From: Octopus vulgaris | Lineage: Eukaryota | Assembly (NCBI GenBank): GCA_951406725.2 | Contig: OX597823.1 | Coordinates: 90,644,001 to 90,708,000, forward strand | Direction: 5' to 3' | Length of the DNA: 64,000 bases | Shown: positions 1 through 14,169 of the stretch, piece after piece | Layout of the letters: each line of letters opens with the position of its first letter | How positions within the stretch are numbered: position 1 is the first letter of the stretch | Position numbers and translations under genes: made by a program | The notes under the pieces: model-generated | Seen by the model: only the letters and a program-made list of their open reading frames with translations | What the model was told of the DNA's origin: nothing | The model's database searches: none

Positions 1-14
1 TAATGATGATAATA

Positions 15-218
15 ATTTTGGCACAAGGCCAGAAATTTCTGAGAAGGATGTAAGGTGATTACATCAAACCTCAGTGTTCAATCGGTGCTTATTTAATCAA
101 CCCTGAAAGGATAAATGACTAAGTCAACCTCAGCAGAATTTGAACTCGGAACATAAGGATGCACGAAATGCTGTTAGACATTTTGCCCTGAGTGCTAATG
201 ATTCTGCCAGCTTGCCAG
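15..218 (-). mobile_element. tRNA-derived SINE, family B
   Basis: Reverse complement has a CTGGCAGAATC head and B-box-like GAGTTCAAATT; body is shared with more than 10 other copies in the window. Confidence 0.75.
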
Positions 219-220
219 GC

Positions 221-717
221 ACATGCCAAAAAGGGTGACAGAAAATGAGAAAGCAACCATACTATGGGATATGCCAATACACAGAGAGAGAGAAATTAAG
301 GCCAATAGGCCAGATATAGTTGTCAGAGATCATCAAGAAAAAAATGCTTTCTAATTGATGTATCAATACCAGTAGATGACAATGTGTCTCTAAAAGAAAT
401 GGAGAAACCTTCAAAATACAAAGACCTGGAAATAGAGGTACCTCGAATGTGGAATCTAAAAACAGAAACAATTTCTATCATAGTAGGTGCATTAGGCATG
501 ATAAAAAAATATTCAGACAAATACATAACAAAAACACCAGGCCTTACAAACACATATAACATACAGAAAATTGCACTACTAGGTACTGCACAAATCCTAC
601 GCAGAACACTTTCTATACAGTAACTATAAGAGCATCACAACAAATCATAGTACATACCTAAGGCACACAGAGCTGTGCTCAGTAGTGAAGTGAAAGCACG
701 CTATAAAAATAAAACTA

Positions 718-720
<3 letters not shown>
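221..720 (+). mobile_element. 3' fragment of RLE-type (R4/Dong-like) non-LTR retrotransposon
   Basis: Translates TILWDMPIHT..ANRPDIVV..(frameshift)..LIDVSIP..KEMEK..KY..IIVGALG..QKIALLGTAQILRR, the PD-(D/E)xK-type C-terminus; stop at 621-623, short UTR, then (AAT)n. Confidence 0.8.
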
Positions 721-769
<49 letters not shown>

Positions 770-861
770 TGAACTTCCAACTTGTTGTCTCTTGAGGTCT
801 CTGGGTGAGACTTGGAGCCAGCTTGTGCAAATGTAAAGCAAAAGTCAAACATAGAATAATA

Positions 862-976
862 ATCATCATCATCATCATCATCGTTTAGCGTCTGCTTTCC
901 ATGCTGGCATGGGTTGGACGGTGCAATTGGGGTCTGGGAAGCCAGAAGGCTGCACCAGGCCCAGTCTGATCTGGCA
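862..976 (-). mobile_element. 5'-truncated RTE LINE 3' tail
   Basis: Reverse complement of about 41157-41278 including the (GAT)n tail. Confidence 0.85.
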
Positions 977-991
977 ATAATAATAACGATA

Positions 992-1461
992 ATCCTTTCT
1001 ATTATGGGCACAGGACCTGAAATTTTGGGGAAGAAGATAAGTCGATAACATTGAAGCCCAGTGTGTAATTGGTACATATTTCATTCCCCCCCCCACACAC
1101 ACACTCTACAAAAAAAAAAAATGAAAGGCTGAGTCAACCTCAGCAGAATTTAAACTTGGAGCATAAAGATGTATGAAATACTGCTAAGCATTTTGCAAGG
1201 CTTGCTAATGGTTCTGCCAGCTTGCTGCCTTAATAATAATAATAATAATCCTTTTTACTATAGGCACAAGGCCTGAAATTTTGGGGAGGGGACTAGTTGA
1301 TTACATTCATCCCAGTGTTTCACTGATACTTATTTTATCGACCCCGAAAAGACAAGAGGCAAAGTTTACCTCGATGGAATTTGAACCCACAACATAGTAA
1401 CAGGCAAAATACCGCTATGCATTTCATCCAGTGCTTGAACAATTCTCCTAGCTCACCACTT
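992..1461 (-). mobile_element. Two tandem family B SINEs (992-1231, 1248-1461)
   Basis: Same body as 15-218; each copy is bounded by (AAT)n or (ACT)n runs. Confidence 0.75.
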
Positions 1462-2303
1462 TACTACTACTACTACTACTTCTACTACTACTAATAATAA
1501 TAATAGTGATGATGATGATGATAACAACAACAATATTACAGTACATGAACACTAGATAATACTGAATTTATGTAAGACCAGAAGACATCATTAAGATTCC
1601 TACATAAACGAAAAATATACAAGTGGATACAAAGAATCTCCTTTATTCCTCTCAGATTCCTTCCAAAATAGAAACGGGTCATGTTTATGTTTTAAAAAAT
1701 AACAAAACAAACCCTACATAACTAAAGAAAAGATAAAATAAACACAAATTTTTAAACAGTTGTTCATTGACCATTTCACAATCCCAGTTCTGTATGGATG
1801 CACAATATGGTACCCAAGAAAGTGGCATGGGTTAAATAAATATTATTTCTTTCATGAAAGCTTGTCTTATGATGTAAGCTTCCATCACACGTTATTGAGA
1901 CAGGGGCCAGTGGTAGTGGTGGTGGTGGTGGTGGTGGCGGTGGTGGTAGTGGTGGTGGTGGTGGTGATGGTGATAAGGTAAAAGTCAAACATTGTTTAAC
2001 GGAATTTATGGCATGTCTATAAATGACAGAATACCGTGTTTGTAAATATTAAAGCAAATTTCAAGCAATTAGGGAGATTATTAGCAGCTATCTCACGCTG
2101 AGAGTGTTTGTGTGTGTATGTCTGTGTGTATATATATATATGTGTGTGTGTGTGAGTGTGTGTGTGTATGTATGTGTGTCAGTATGTATATACAGGTATA
2201 TATTTGTGTGTGTGTGTATATCATAGACATTAACACATGATATTCAAACTATGCTGAAAATTAGGAGATAAATTTTGCACACAATAATGTGTGTGTGTAT
2301 GAT

Positions 2304-2470
2304 AGACACAGGAGTGGTTGTGTTGTTATGAAGCTTGCTTCCCAACCATATCATTTCAGGTTCATTCCCAATGTGTAGTGCTTTTGGCATATATTTCCTA
2401 CCAGAGCCCCAAGTTGACCAAATCCTTGTGAGCAGACTTGGTGGACAGAAACTGAAAGAAGCCTGTCGTA
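2304..2470 (+). mobile_element. tRNA/CORE-type SINE family A, 5' half
   Basis: GGAGTGGTTGTG head, GGTTCATTCCC B-box-like motif, homologous to 50053-50215. Confidence 0.7.
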
Positions 2471-2498
2471 TACATATATAGGTGAACACTGAGCTGGT

Positions 2499-2546
2499 TT
2501 AACTGACGAGGCAATAGAAATTGCTGAAACTGATGTCAGTCTTAAG
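2499..2546 (+). ncRNA. Degenerate minimal type I hammerhead-ribozyme-like motif
   Basis: CTGACGA - stem GGCAAT/ATTGCT - GAAAC-TGAT-GTC; helix I pairs poorly. Confidence 0.4.
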
Positions 2547-3868
2547 AATTCTTGGTTGGCATTTTTCAGACAATTATGTCCCTGTTAGTGTATATGTTTT
2601 CATTCATGTGCATTAACTACAACTTGTGAGCATTTTAGCTCTTATTTCTTGCAATGTAGGTGTTTCTTAACACCCTAGTCCCATTTCATGACAATTATAA
2701 TTTTTTCTTTTTGGTGAAACATTGCAAACTGCTGTTTAATTATCCCTTAGATGGTTATCTAACCTCTAACACGTATATACTTAATTATATATATATATAC
2801 GAGCAAAACGCCCCCCCCCCCGTCCAATGGACGGTGCTGAGTTGTCAAACATTTAAACCAAATTTTCTCAAAACAACTTGTCCGATCGTCCCATAGGCCT
2901 CCCCTTTGAGAAACACTGATTTAACCTAAATTTGAGATACCCGCAAAAGAAGAAATAAAGATGGACTTTTTTCTATTCCAAAGAAAAACGATTTTATTCA
3001 CACAAATATGCAACCGAAGAGTTTAAAGTTCCAGTAATGATAAGGCTGTTGACTGGGAGAACACAAACATGGTTTAAACAGTAAGCTTGGTACAAAAACA
3101 CAAAAAATGGAAGGTGCAGTTATGTACAGGTTGACGGAAGAAAAGCAGGACAAAAACAGCTTTATCGATCGCATTCTGACATGGAATCGATTTTTGTAAG
3201 TTTTTCAAGACTTATACATGCCCTGATACCGTTGGTATCTACATATCAAATTTGAGCATAATCAAATGGAGGATGCCCAAGATCTGAGAAGACACACAGA
3301 CAGAATGGATTTTATATTATATATATATAGATATTTATATATAGGCAGAAAAGAACATTTGGTCTCTCTGATGTAGCCTTGGGGTTCAACCATTGTCCAG
3401 ACCCTGTCCAATGTTTGTTCAGCCTTTGTAAAATCACTGTATATCACTGGTGTAAAGTGGAAAACTTGTAAGATTGGGCAACCCCATGTTAGAAACAGCT
3501 GTAAGTGTTTAGTATTTGTTCACTCATTTATTCTTATTCGTTTGTTCTTATTTATCTATTTATTTACTTATTTATTTGCTTATTCCATTCATTTATTTGG
3601 ATCACTCATGAATATGATTGTAATCATTTAATAAATAAACATAATTGAATGTATACAGGCTGATGTTTGTCGATTGTTTATCCTCTTCATTTTCTTATTT
3701 GCCTTATAAATCCTGGGTAAATTTCTGTTTTACCCCCACAAATACCTAGTATTCAATTGCAATACTGCCCTTAGTAAGCACTTGGATATAAATACGTAGG
3801 TACACATCCAGTAGTATATTGGATATTTAATATCCCTTAGCTGACTGCTTAACCTCTAACGCATACAG

Positions 3869-3905
<37 letters not shown>

Positions 3906-4106
3906 AAGACCTTTCATCCAATTTTTTAAATATTTATAATAGAAAAAATAGAAAAATCTTTGATACAGTATTGTATGATTTTAAAAGAATGACTTTGCTG
4001 ATAATTATTTTTCCATTTCAGTGGTTAAATCATTAAAGTGGAAAATAATCATGGAAAAAGTCATTCTTTTTCACTTTCTCAAACACAAACACACACATAC
4101 ATAATG

Positions 4107-4146
<40 letters not shown>

Positions 4147-4272
4147 TTATCAAGCAAGTAAACAAACGTTGAAGTCACAGGTCAAGATGATCTTCACAAT
4201 ATATTTGAGTCTACTCTCAGTACTGAATCCCCCTCCATCAAAAAATGCTCACACATTAATCTGAAAAACACT

Positions 4273-4746
4273 TTAACCCTTTTGTTACCATATTTCTATT
4301 GAGATGCTTTGTGTTTCTTTTAATTAATTTTAATTATTAGAAAGAATTTAGTAAAATAACTTAGTTATCATTAAGCTGGTGTTAGGAGCATAAATTGTGA
4401 CAAAATTTTGGCAGAAGATTTTAATTCAAAACTTATGTAAATAAGACATTTGTACTGCAGAGTTGGAGATGGTTTCAGCCAGGTTGATATTGAAAGGGTT
4501 AAAAATATCATGGTGACTTTAACCCTTTTGTTACCATATTCCTGTTGATTTGCTCTGTGTTTCTTTCAATTACTTTAAATATACCAAAGAATTTAGTAAA
4601 ATAACTTAGTTATCATTCATCTAGTGTTAGGAACAGAAACATTGACTAAGGTTTGGTGGAAGATTTTAATTCAAAACTTATGAAAACAAGACATTTGTAC
4701 TCAGAGCCAGAGCCGGTTTCAGTCGGGTTGGTATCAAAAGGGTTAA
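4273..4746 (+). mobile_element. Tandem dimer of ~230-bp piggyBac-like MITE
   Basis: Each unit runs TTAA-CCCTTT...AAAGGG-TTAA (4273-4502, 4519-4746), with a 16-bp spacer AAATATCATGGTGACT. Confidence 0.75.
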
Positions 4747-4799
4747 ACATATAAGTGTGTGTGTATGTGAGTATGCATGTGTGTGTGTATGTGAGTATG

Positions 4800-4832
<33 letters not shown>

Positions 4833-5554
4833 CATAAACAATGGGCTTTAGTTATTTCTTTATTTGTGCATTTCTGGCTTACAGCTGTTTCTGATATGAT
4901 TTATAGGTGCATTCATTGTTCCGATTGCTCAATGTGTATATTGAACAACTGAAAAATTAAATGATCTGAACAAATCCTATCATTGTCAGAGCCCACGCAC
5001 ACACACAGACACACACACGTATATACATACACACACACACACATACAGTGGAGCATCACTGACCCAGTCATTGATGTTCAATAAAGAACTTTTGATAGCT
5101 CATAATAATAATGATGATGAGGATGATGATAATGGTGGTGGTGGTGATGATGTATTATTATTATGAAATAAAAACATAAATAGCAAATCTAACAACGGTG
5201 TGTGTGTGTTTTTAATAGCTGTTCTATACTGACTCTGCCACTTGTTTGAGACTTCTAACACACAGTTGCAAAACAAATCACTCGCCAAACAACTGCTGTG
5301 TCTTATAAAGGCTTCCCTTTTTGCTTTACTCTCGTTGTTTCGATTTTTGTTTTCTCCCAATATTTACAATAGAATTAAATGCTGAAAGAAAAAGAAGATG
5401 AAAAACACACCATGTCTGTTTGATTAAACACAGATCATTTCTGGCAGTCCATTTGCATGATAAACAAAACAAAAACAAAAAACAAAAGCAAAAACAAAAA
5501 GAAAACAAACGTTGTTGGCTTTAAAAGCAAAGTAAACCTTATGTGAAAGTGAAA

Positions 5555-5715
5555 CCACATTTGTGGCTGTGTGGTTGAGAACTTTGCTTCAAGCCATGTG
5601 GCTTTGGGTTCATACTCACAGTGCAGAACCTTGGGTAAGTGTCTGCTACTATAGCCCTGGGCTGACCAAAACCGTCTCAGTGGATTTAGGATACGGAAAC
5701 CGAAAATAGTCCCTG
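5555..5715 (+). mobile_element. SINE family A, 5' half
   Basis: GTGGCTGTGTGGTT head and CCTTGGGTAAGTGTC core, as in other family A copies. Confidence 0.7.
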
Positions 5716-5898
5716 TGATCAAACATAAAACCTAATAATTGACACTTCACTTTGTCTTTCTGTTGTTACTTCCATAGTCCTTTTGGACACACACATGTGT
5801 ATGTTTGCTTATTATATCAAAAGTTTGCCCCCAGCCTGGCATGTTCACAATTCTTACATTATGATTTTGCATATATGTGTGTGTGTGTGTATAATATA

Positions 5899-5935
<37 letters not shown>

Positions 5936-5984
5936 CGTGTGTGTGTGCATATTTACATACATGTACACACACACATGCACACAT

Positions 5985-6180
5985 ATCATCATCATCATCG
6001 TTTGACGTCCGTTTTCCATACTGGCATGGGTTGGACGATTTGACTGAGGACTGGCGAACCAGATGGCTGCACCAAGCTCCAATCTGATCTGGCAGAGTTT
6101 CTACAGCTGGATGCTCTTCCTAACACCAACAACTTTGAGAGTGTAGGGGGTGCTTTTAAAATGCCACTTTAAAAGCACCC
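5985..6180 (-). mobile_element. 5'-truncated RTE 3' tail
   Basis: (CAT)n-CGTTTGACGTCCG..., reverse complement of the LINE 3' end; flanked by (TA/CA)n. Confidence 0.85.
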
Positions 6181-6184
6181 ATAT

Positions 6185-6239
<55 letters not shown>

Positions 6240-6240
<1 letters not shown>

Positions 6241-6520
6241 GCATATATGGGTACAGGACATCAAAAAACGTAAACAACATGAAAAACGAGAACACAAAAT
6301 ACAAAAACATGGAAAACGAACTTTCTATGCCAACAACAAAAGAAACAAATAGGAAAACAAGACAAGCAACATAAAGAACAATCCCTTCGTCAGTTGTCCA
6401 CTGTTTTATCTACTCAGCATTTCAAGCGTTAGGACAATATGCATCTTCATCAAAACAGTTGCTATAAAAAAGTAAATTACATAAGATTTGGGATTTGCAA
6501 AGGCTTAAAGTTGGTATGTA
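6240..6520 (-). repeat. Unclassified interspersed repeat, homologous to 47085-47320 (+)
   Basis: Both copies share GGACA(A/G)CTGA(C/T)GAAGGG...TGTCCTGTAC and a T-rich body; flanked by (TA)n. Confidence 0.5.
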
Positions 6521-7049
6521 TATAAGAGTGTATCAAGATTTATACACAGAGAGAAGGCCTTTTACAGGGCTTCTTACATGCTAAAAAGGGCAGTTAAACT
6601 CAAACTCCGAAAAAATCATTCTGAAGGCACGCTGTTAATGGCACTCTTATATACAAAAATATTTTATGTCTGATGACTTTTACTACACATGCAAACCACT
6701 GGTAATAGATTATTTTGATTTTTTGCCCTCATAATTTACACAGTATATATATATAATACATGCTTATGGATTTGTTTTGTAAGATTCCTGAAGTGAAACC
6801 GTGTGCGGAAATGGATACTGTTATATTTTGGGATGGTCATCTTTTTTTTAAGTGCTGTATATTTGTTCTTCACTTCAGATTTATTTTAGTTCCTATTTTA
6901 TGTCCATTGTCGCAAAGTCTTTCATTACACCTCTTGTGACCTCCTCAACAACTCTCTATCCCACATGTGTCTTCTTGTTTGGTTTAGTTCATTAAGAATG
7001 GAGATACGTGGGGTATACACACACACACTATTGCCTTATGATATGATGC

Positions 7050-8050
7050 ACTAAAGGTAAGATGAAAGAGGGATAATACAAAAAAGATGAAAGAATTAGA
7101 TGATTTAGAGTTGTTGAAATGAAAAGAAAGAGCAAGGAAGATGAGATGAAATGCACGAAATGAAAGAAACATAAGGTGAGGAAATGATGGAATGAAATGA
7201 AAGAAAGATAATAGGAAAGGCAGATAAGATGACTGAATGATTAGATGAAAGAATCATAAGAGAAGAAAAAAGAAACAATGAACAGATGAAAAAAATTGAT
7301 GAAAGAAAGATAAGGGGGTTAAGATGAAAGAGAAAAGAATATGAAGAAAGATAAGATGAACAAATTATAAGATGAAAGAAAGATGAAGATCAAATGAAAG
7401 AAAAATAAGGTAAAAGAAGATGAAAGGGAGATGAAAGAATGATAAGAAAGAAGATGAAAGACTGAACAAAAGAGGGATAAGAGGAAAGGATAAGCACAAT
7501 GAAAAGTGAAGAGAGATAGGATGAAATGATGAAGTGAATAAAAGACAAGATGAAAGAAAAATAAAAAGAAAGAAAGATTTGATGAAGAAAGATCAGGCGA
7601 AAGAAATATAAGATGGATGCAAAGCAATATCTTATTAGGATAAGATGAAGTTAGAATGAAAAGAAGATGAGTTTAAAGAAAATCTTAAATATCAATAAGA
7701 AAAAATGGAATGGTTAAAAAAAAATAGAAAAGAAAATTTAAATGAAACTGAATGAAACAATAAATGACTGAATGAAAAAAATGATGGAATTGCAAAAAAT
7801 GATAAAGAAGAATCAAAATAAAAGGTGAAAAAAATTAATAAAATTAATGAATAAATATAGCGAAAAAAAGTAAAAAGAGAATAATTATAATAAAGTAGAA
7901 AGATTGAAGAATGAAAATTACAATGAAATATAATAGGGAAAGATAAAAAAGAAGAAGTTTTAAAAGATGAGAGAGAGGAAGAAAGAGAATGAGAGAGAAA
8001 CAGAGAGGGGGAGAGGAACGATTAAAATAATGATGAAAAGATTGTATTAT
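7050..8050 (+). repeat. ~1-kb purine-rich low-complexity tract
   Basis: Degenerate AAGATGAAA(G) motifs, very few C. Confidence 0.8.
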
Positions 8051-8266
8051 TTATCTGACCTGATCGTTTAGAATGAAGAAATATAAAAAAATTAACAAAG
8101 TATCTTTGTAATTTTATTTAGGTTTTTGCAGAAGTTTTTTTTTTTTAATTTTACTTTTAAAATGTTTTTTTTGTTTTGTTTATTTTGTTAATTGTTTTTC
8201 TTTTTGAAATTCAGCAGAAAATTGATACAAAAGAAAAACAAAATTGAATAAATATAACAAAAAGAC

Positions 8267-8310
<44 letters not shown>

Positions 8311-8716
8311 CATACATTCACACACATAGACATATGTACCTATGATATATGCACATATGTATGTATATGTGTGAGTGTGTGTGTGTAGAAGAATGAAAGC
8401 AATTATCTTAATCACTTGCATCTCATAACACACACATAGATATACTATACATGTACATACACACATATCTTTATATATATATATATATATCGAGGTCTCT
8501 TTCATTCTTTTGTTGTCTTACAATTTCTATCAATATATACATATATATATATTTATATAATTATATATATATATTAATGTGATTTTACATCGACTATAGC
8601 TATCTATGTATCTATATCTATCTCCATATCTACCTACATATATACACAAGTTGACAGCGACTAAGTTTAACCATTGCAGCTTCTTCAACTTGTGTGTATG
8701 TGTGTGTGTACATACA

Positions 8717-8754
<38 letters not shown>

Positions 8755-8989
8755 GCATACATGAAGACAAAAACCAAAGCATGTACTCTACATAATCTAA
8801 TCAACTGAAACTAGATATATAAAAAATATTCAGATATATAAAACTGTATGTATAATCTGTATAAAACTGGGTCTATATAATGTATATAAAAGTCAATATT
8901 AGAAGAGGAAAGTTAAACATTAAAATATGTTTTGGTGGGTGTGCAGGCAGCCTTGAATTATTGGAAGATGGAGGCACTGGGAATTGAAC

Positions 8990-10470
8990 TAACAACCACC
9001 ACCACCACCACCACCACCACCATTATGATTACTACTACTACTATGACTACTACTACTACTACTATGACTACTACTTCTACTACCACCACCACCACCACCA
9101 CTATGATGGCTGCTGCTACTACTACAACCACCACTATGATGGCTGTTGCTACTACTACTACCACCACCACCACCACTATGATGGCTACTGTTGCTGCTAC
9201 TACTACTACCACCAAACTGTCACTACAATCACCATTACTAATATTACCACCATCATTTCAACTTTGATTCTTCACTCTCAGTACTAACCCTAACTTCCCC
9301 CAGTACCCCCATACAACTACCACCACTAACTGTACTACTACTACAACTACTACCACAACTACTATTACCACCATTACTACAACTACTACTATCACCGCCA
9401 TTACTACAACTATTACTACCACCACCATTACTACTACTACTACTACTACTACCAACACCACAACTACTACTAGCACCACCATTACTACTACTACTACTGC
9501 TACTACTACTACTACTATCACCTTTACTACTACTACTACCACCATTACTACAACTACTACCACCACCATTACTACTATTACTACCACCACCACCACCATT
9601 ACTACTACTACTACTACCACCACCTTTACTACTACTACTACCTTTACTACTACTACCACAACCAACACCACAACCATTACTACAACTACCACTACTACCA
9701 CCTCTACTACCATTGCTACTATTACCACAACCATCACTGACATTACATCACTACATCCCATCACCTCATACTAACATATTTAATATGACACTACTTCCAA
9801 CTATCACCACTACGACGACAGTACTATCTTCACTCTTCTGCCACTACTACTCACCACTACCACCACCACAACAACGACTGTACCCCCCCCCCCCCTGCTG
9901 CCATCATCATAACACTACAGCGATACCCTGCTCTATAATCGACCTCCACTACCACCATGGCAGTACCTCCACCTTGCCACCCCTCATCCCCCATACTACA
10001 AAGTTACTCCACCACCCACCATCTCCATCGCCTCAACAACAGTACTCTCCACCCCCACCCTGTTACGATAGTACCCCCCACCCACCCATCTACCATTTGC
10101 CCTGTTTCTACTATTTTCTTTTTTAAAAATCAATTTGAATTAAAGATGACAACAGTGGAACTGTTAACATTGTTTAGTGGAGTCAAACATTAGTAAACAA
10201 CTACTACTACTACTGCTACTACTGCTACTACTGCTACTACTATTACTACTGCTACTATTGCTACTACTACTACTACTACTACTGCTACTACTACTGCTAC
10301 TACTACTACTACTACTATTACTACTACTACTACTATTACCACTACTGTTACTATTACTACTGCTACTACTACTGCTACTGCTACTACTGCTGCTACTATA
10401 ACTACTACTGCTACTATTACTACTACTACGGCTGTTAATACTACTGCTGCTACTGCTACTATTACTACTA
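8990..10470. repeat. Compound (ACT)n/(ACC)n/(GCT)n trinucleotide arrays
   Basis: Directly visible at 8990-9770 and 10200-10470. Confidence 0.9.
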
Positions 10471-10591
10471 TTTACAAGAGTAATGGCATCATCATCATTA
10501 TCATCATGATATACATCAACTGCAGCATCCACTATCACCACCACTATCATCATCATCATCATCATATACAATAATAACAGCAATGATATTA

Positions 10592-10755
10592 GTTTCAAAT
10601 TTTAGCACAAGGCCAGCAATTTCAGGGTGGTGGGGAATAAGTCGATTGCATTGACCCCAGTGTTCGACTGGTACTTATTTTATCAACCCCGAAAGGATGA
10701 AAGGCAAAGTTGACCTCCGTGGAATTTGAACTCAGAATGTAAGGATGGATGAAGT
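10592..10755 (-). mobile_element. SINE family B, partial
   Basis: GACCCCAGTG..GGTACTTATTTTATCAACCCCGAAAGGATGAAAGGCAAAG core. Confidence 0.75.
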
Positions 10756-10859
10756 AACAGCTGTAATATTGCCACACCCCAACCCTATACACTTAATCAT
10801 CATCATCATCATCTGTACCAACATAAAATCCTATTATCATTCACATATATACAAGAACA

Positions 10860-10945
10860 CAATGCACCACCTGGTCCAGGAATTGAAACCACAATCTTAA
10901 GATTATGAGTGTAACATGCTAACCACTAAGCCACGTGCCTCCACA
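10860..10945 (-). mobile_element. tRNA-like head of SINE family C
   Basis: Reverse complement GTGGAGGCACGTGGCTTAGTGGTTAG...GGTTTCAATTCC (A and B boxes). Confidence 0.65.
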
Positions 10946-12139
10946 CACAAACACACACAAGATGTATATAAACACATAAGATGCACACACACACACACAC
11001 AAAATGTGTATAAACATGGGTGCACACACACACAAAATGTAAATAAACATACACACACACAATATGTATATAAACACATAAAAGGCACACACACAAACAT
11101 CTACAGACAGATGCATAGATAAACATATTCCTGTACACATAGACACACACAAACATCCTGCATATACACACACAATGTCCTCACACACGCACACAGAGAT
11201 AACCTGCACATGCACACCAACACATGGAGACATGCATAAATATACAGACATTCCATGCACTCAAAACATTTTCATCTGCACAAATATGCACACACTGTCA
11301 CTAACACACATATGCACAAACACACACACACACATACAAATACATAAACACATGCATACACACATATATACAAAAATACACAGGCAAAAATGTACACACA
11401 CACACACACACACAAAATACACATACCCCCTACATTTGCATATAAACACACATAAACAAACTACCCCCTACATTCACATATAAACACACACACAAACAAA
11501 ATACACAGTGATAGCTCTACATTCGCATATACATACACACACACACTCACACACAAATAAAGTGCATAGCCATACCCCCTACATTCACATATAAACACAC
11601 ACTTACACACACACACACACACACACAATCATACAAGTACACATACAAACAAAACACACGGTCATACCCCTTACATTCGCATATAAATACACACACACAT
11701 ACAGACACAACCATATACACACACACAAACAAAATACACAGTCATACCCCCTACATTCACATAAACACACACCTATACACACACACACACAAACAAAATA
11801 CCCCTATAATTGCACATAGACACACACACACACATTTTTCATGCTTGATTGATTAATTTTTGAATATTTTGATTTGTTGTTAGTGTTGTTTATGCTTGAG
11901 ATGATTGGGGGTGGGGTAGTAGTGGTGGTGGTGGTGGTAGTGGTATTAGTGGTGGTAGTGGTGGTGGTGGTGGTATTAGCAAAAGAAAAACATGCTTGGT
12001 CAGATGTATTTCACTTCTCTGCCACCCCAAAACACGTCTCCACCTCCAACCCCTCACCTACTTCCTTCTCCTCCTCTCTCTCCCTCTCTATTTCTCTTCC
12101 TCTCCCTCCCCCTCCTTGCTCACGCACACATACACATCT

Positions 12140-13130
<991 letters not shown>

Positions 13131-13313
13131 GTAAACTTTATCCCTTGTTCACTGATTAACTAATGACTGTAAGGAAGCTTAGGAAATTTTCCAGGAGGTT
13201 TGTTAGTATCGCATTTGTTGTCCATTTTACTGTTGTGGTTGTTGTTGCTGTTGGTTGTTGTTCCCATCTTTATATTTGCTTAGGAAACCAACATTATTAT
13301 TAATAATCTCTGC

Positions 13314-13351
<38 letters not shown>

Positions 13352-13359
13352 TGATTATG

Positions 13360-13490
13360 ATAAGCAAGTCTTCTTCAGTTTGGCAGCAATATTTGGAAGA
13401 GCTCATGTGTTGAGAAAAGTGTTGCATCTCTAAGCTGCAGGATGGAGCTGAGATGTGACACAGATAACTCAGAAGTGTTAAGCGAATACA
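13360..13490 (+). mobile_element. Extreme 3' end of RLE-type retroposon
   Basis: AAIFGRAHVLRKVLHL-stop resembles LLGTAQILRR C-termini; (AAT)n on both sides. Confidence 0.5.
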
Positions 13491-13510
13491 TAATAATGAT
13501 GATGATGATG

Positions 13511-13715
13511 AGTTCAAATTTTAGCACAAGGCCAGCAATTTCGGAGAAGTGGATAAGTTGATTACATCAACTCCAGTGCTCACCTAGTATTTATCTTATT
13601 GACCCCGAAAGGATGAAAAGCAAAGTTGACCTTGGTGGAGGTCAAACTCAGAACAAAAAGACAGACAGAATGCCATGAAGCATTTTCCCCATCCTGTTAA
13701 TGATTCTGTCACCTT
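13511..13715 (-). mobile_element. SINE family B
   Basis: Homologous to other family B copies. Confidence 0.75.
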
Positions 13716-13779
13716 AATAAAAATAAAAATAATAATAATAATAATGATAATAATAATAACAATATTCTGACAAGAATTT

Positions 13780-14122
13780 ATTTATGCTCTGATGCAGTAT
13801 CAACCAGGTATTGGCTTTCATGGCTTTTGATCTTAACTGATTGGAAGTGTTATCATGTACATTGTTTTGTCTTGGTATAAAAGATGGGCTACAGCAAATA
13901 TTCTGCTCAGTACCACAGATTTGCTTGTCAGTTGTTTGACCTTAACCAGTTGAGCATGTCCCTTAGTGGCTGATGAATCTGTGCATCTCTGATCAGGAGT
14001 AGAAATTGTGGGGGAGCATCATAGCCATATATTGAGAGGAATTCTTTAGGGTTTGAATAATTCACCTCTGCAAACATGAGTATTTTGTTCAACATCCTTA
14101 AACAACCCTTATTCAGATGGAC
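13780..14122 (-). repeat. Partial copy of ~540-bp unclassified element (another partial at 14481-14685)
   Basis: Reverse complement of about 55570-55905 and 60835-61168. Confidence 0.8.
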
Positions 14123-14168
<46 letters not shown>

Positions 14169-14169
14169 T

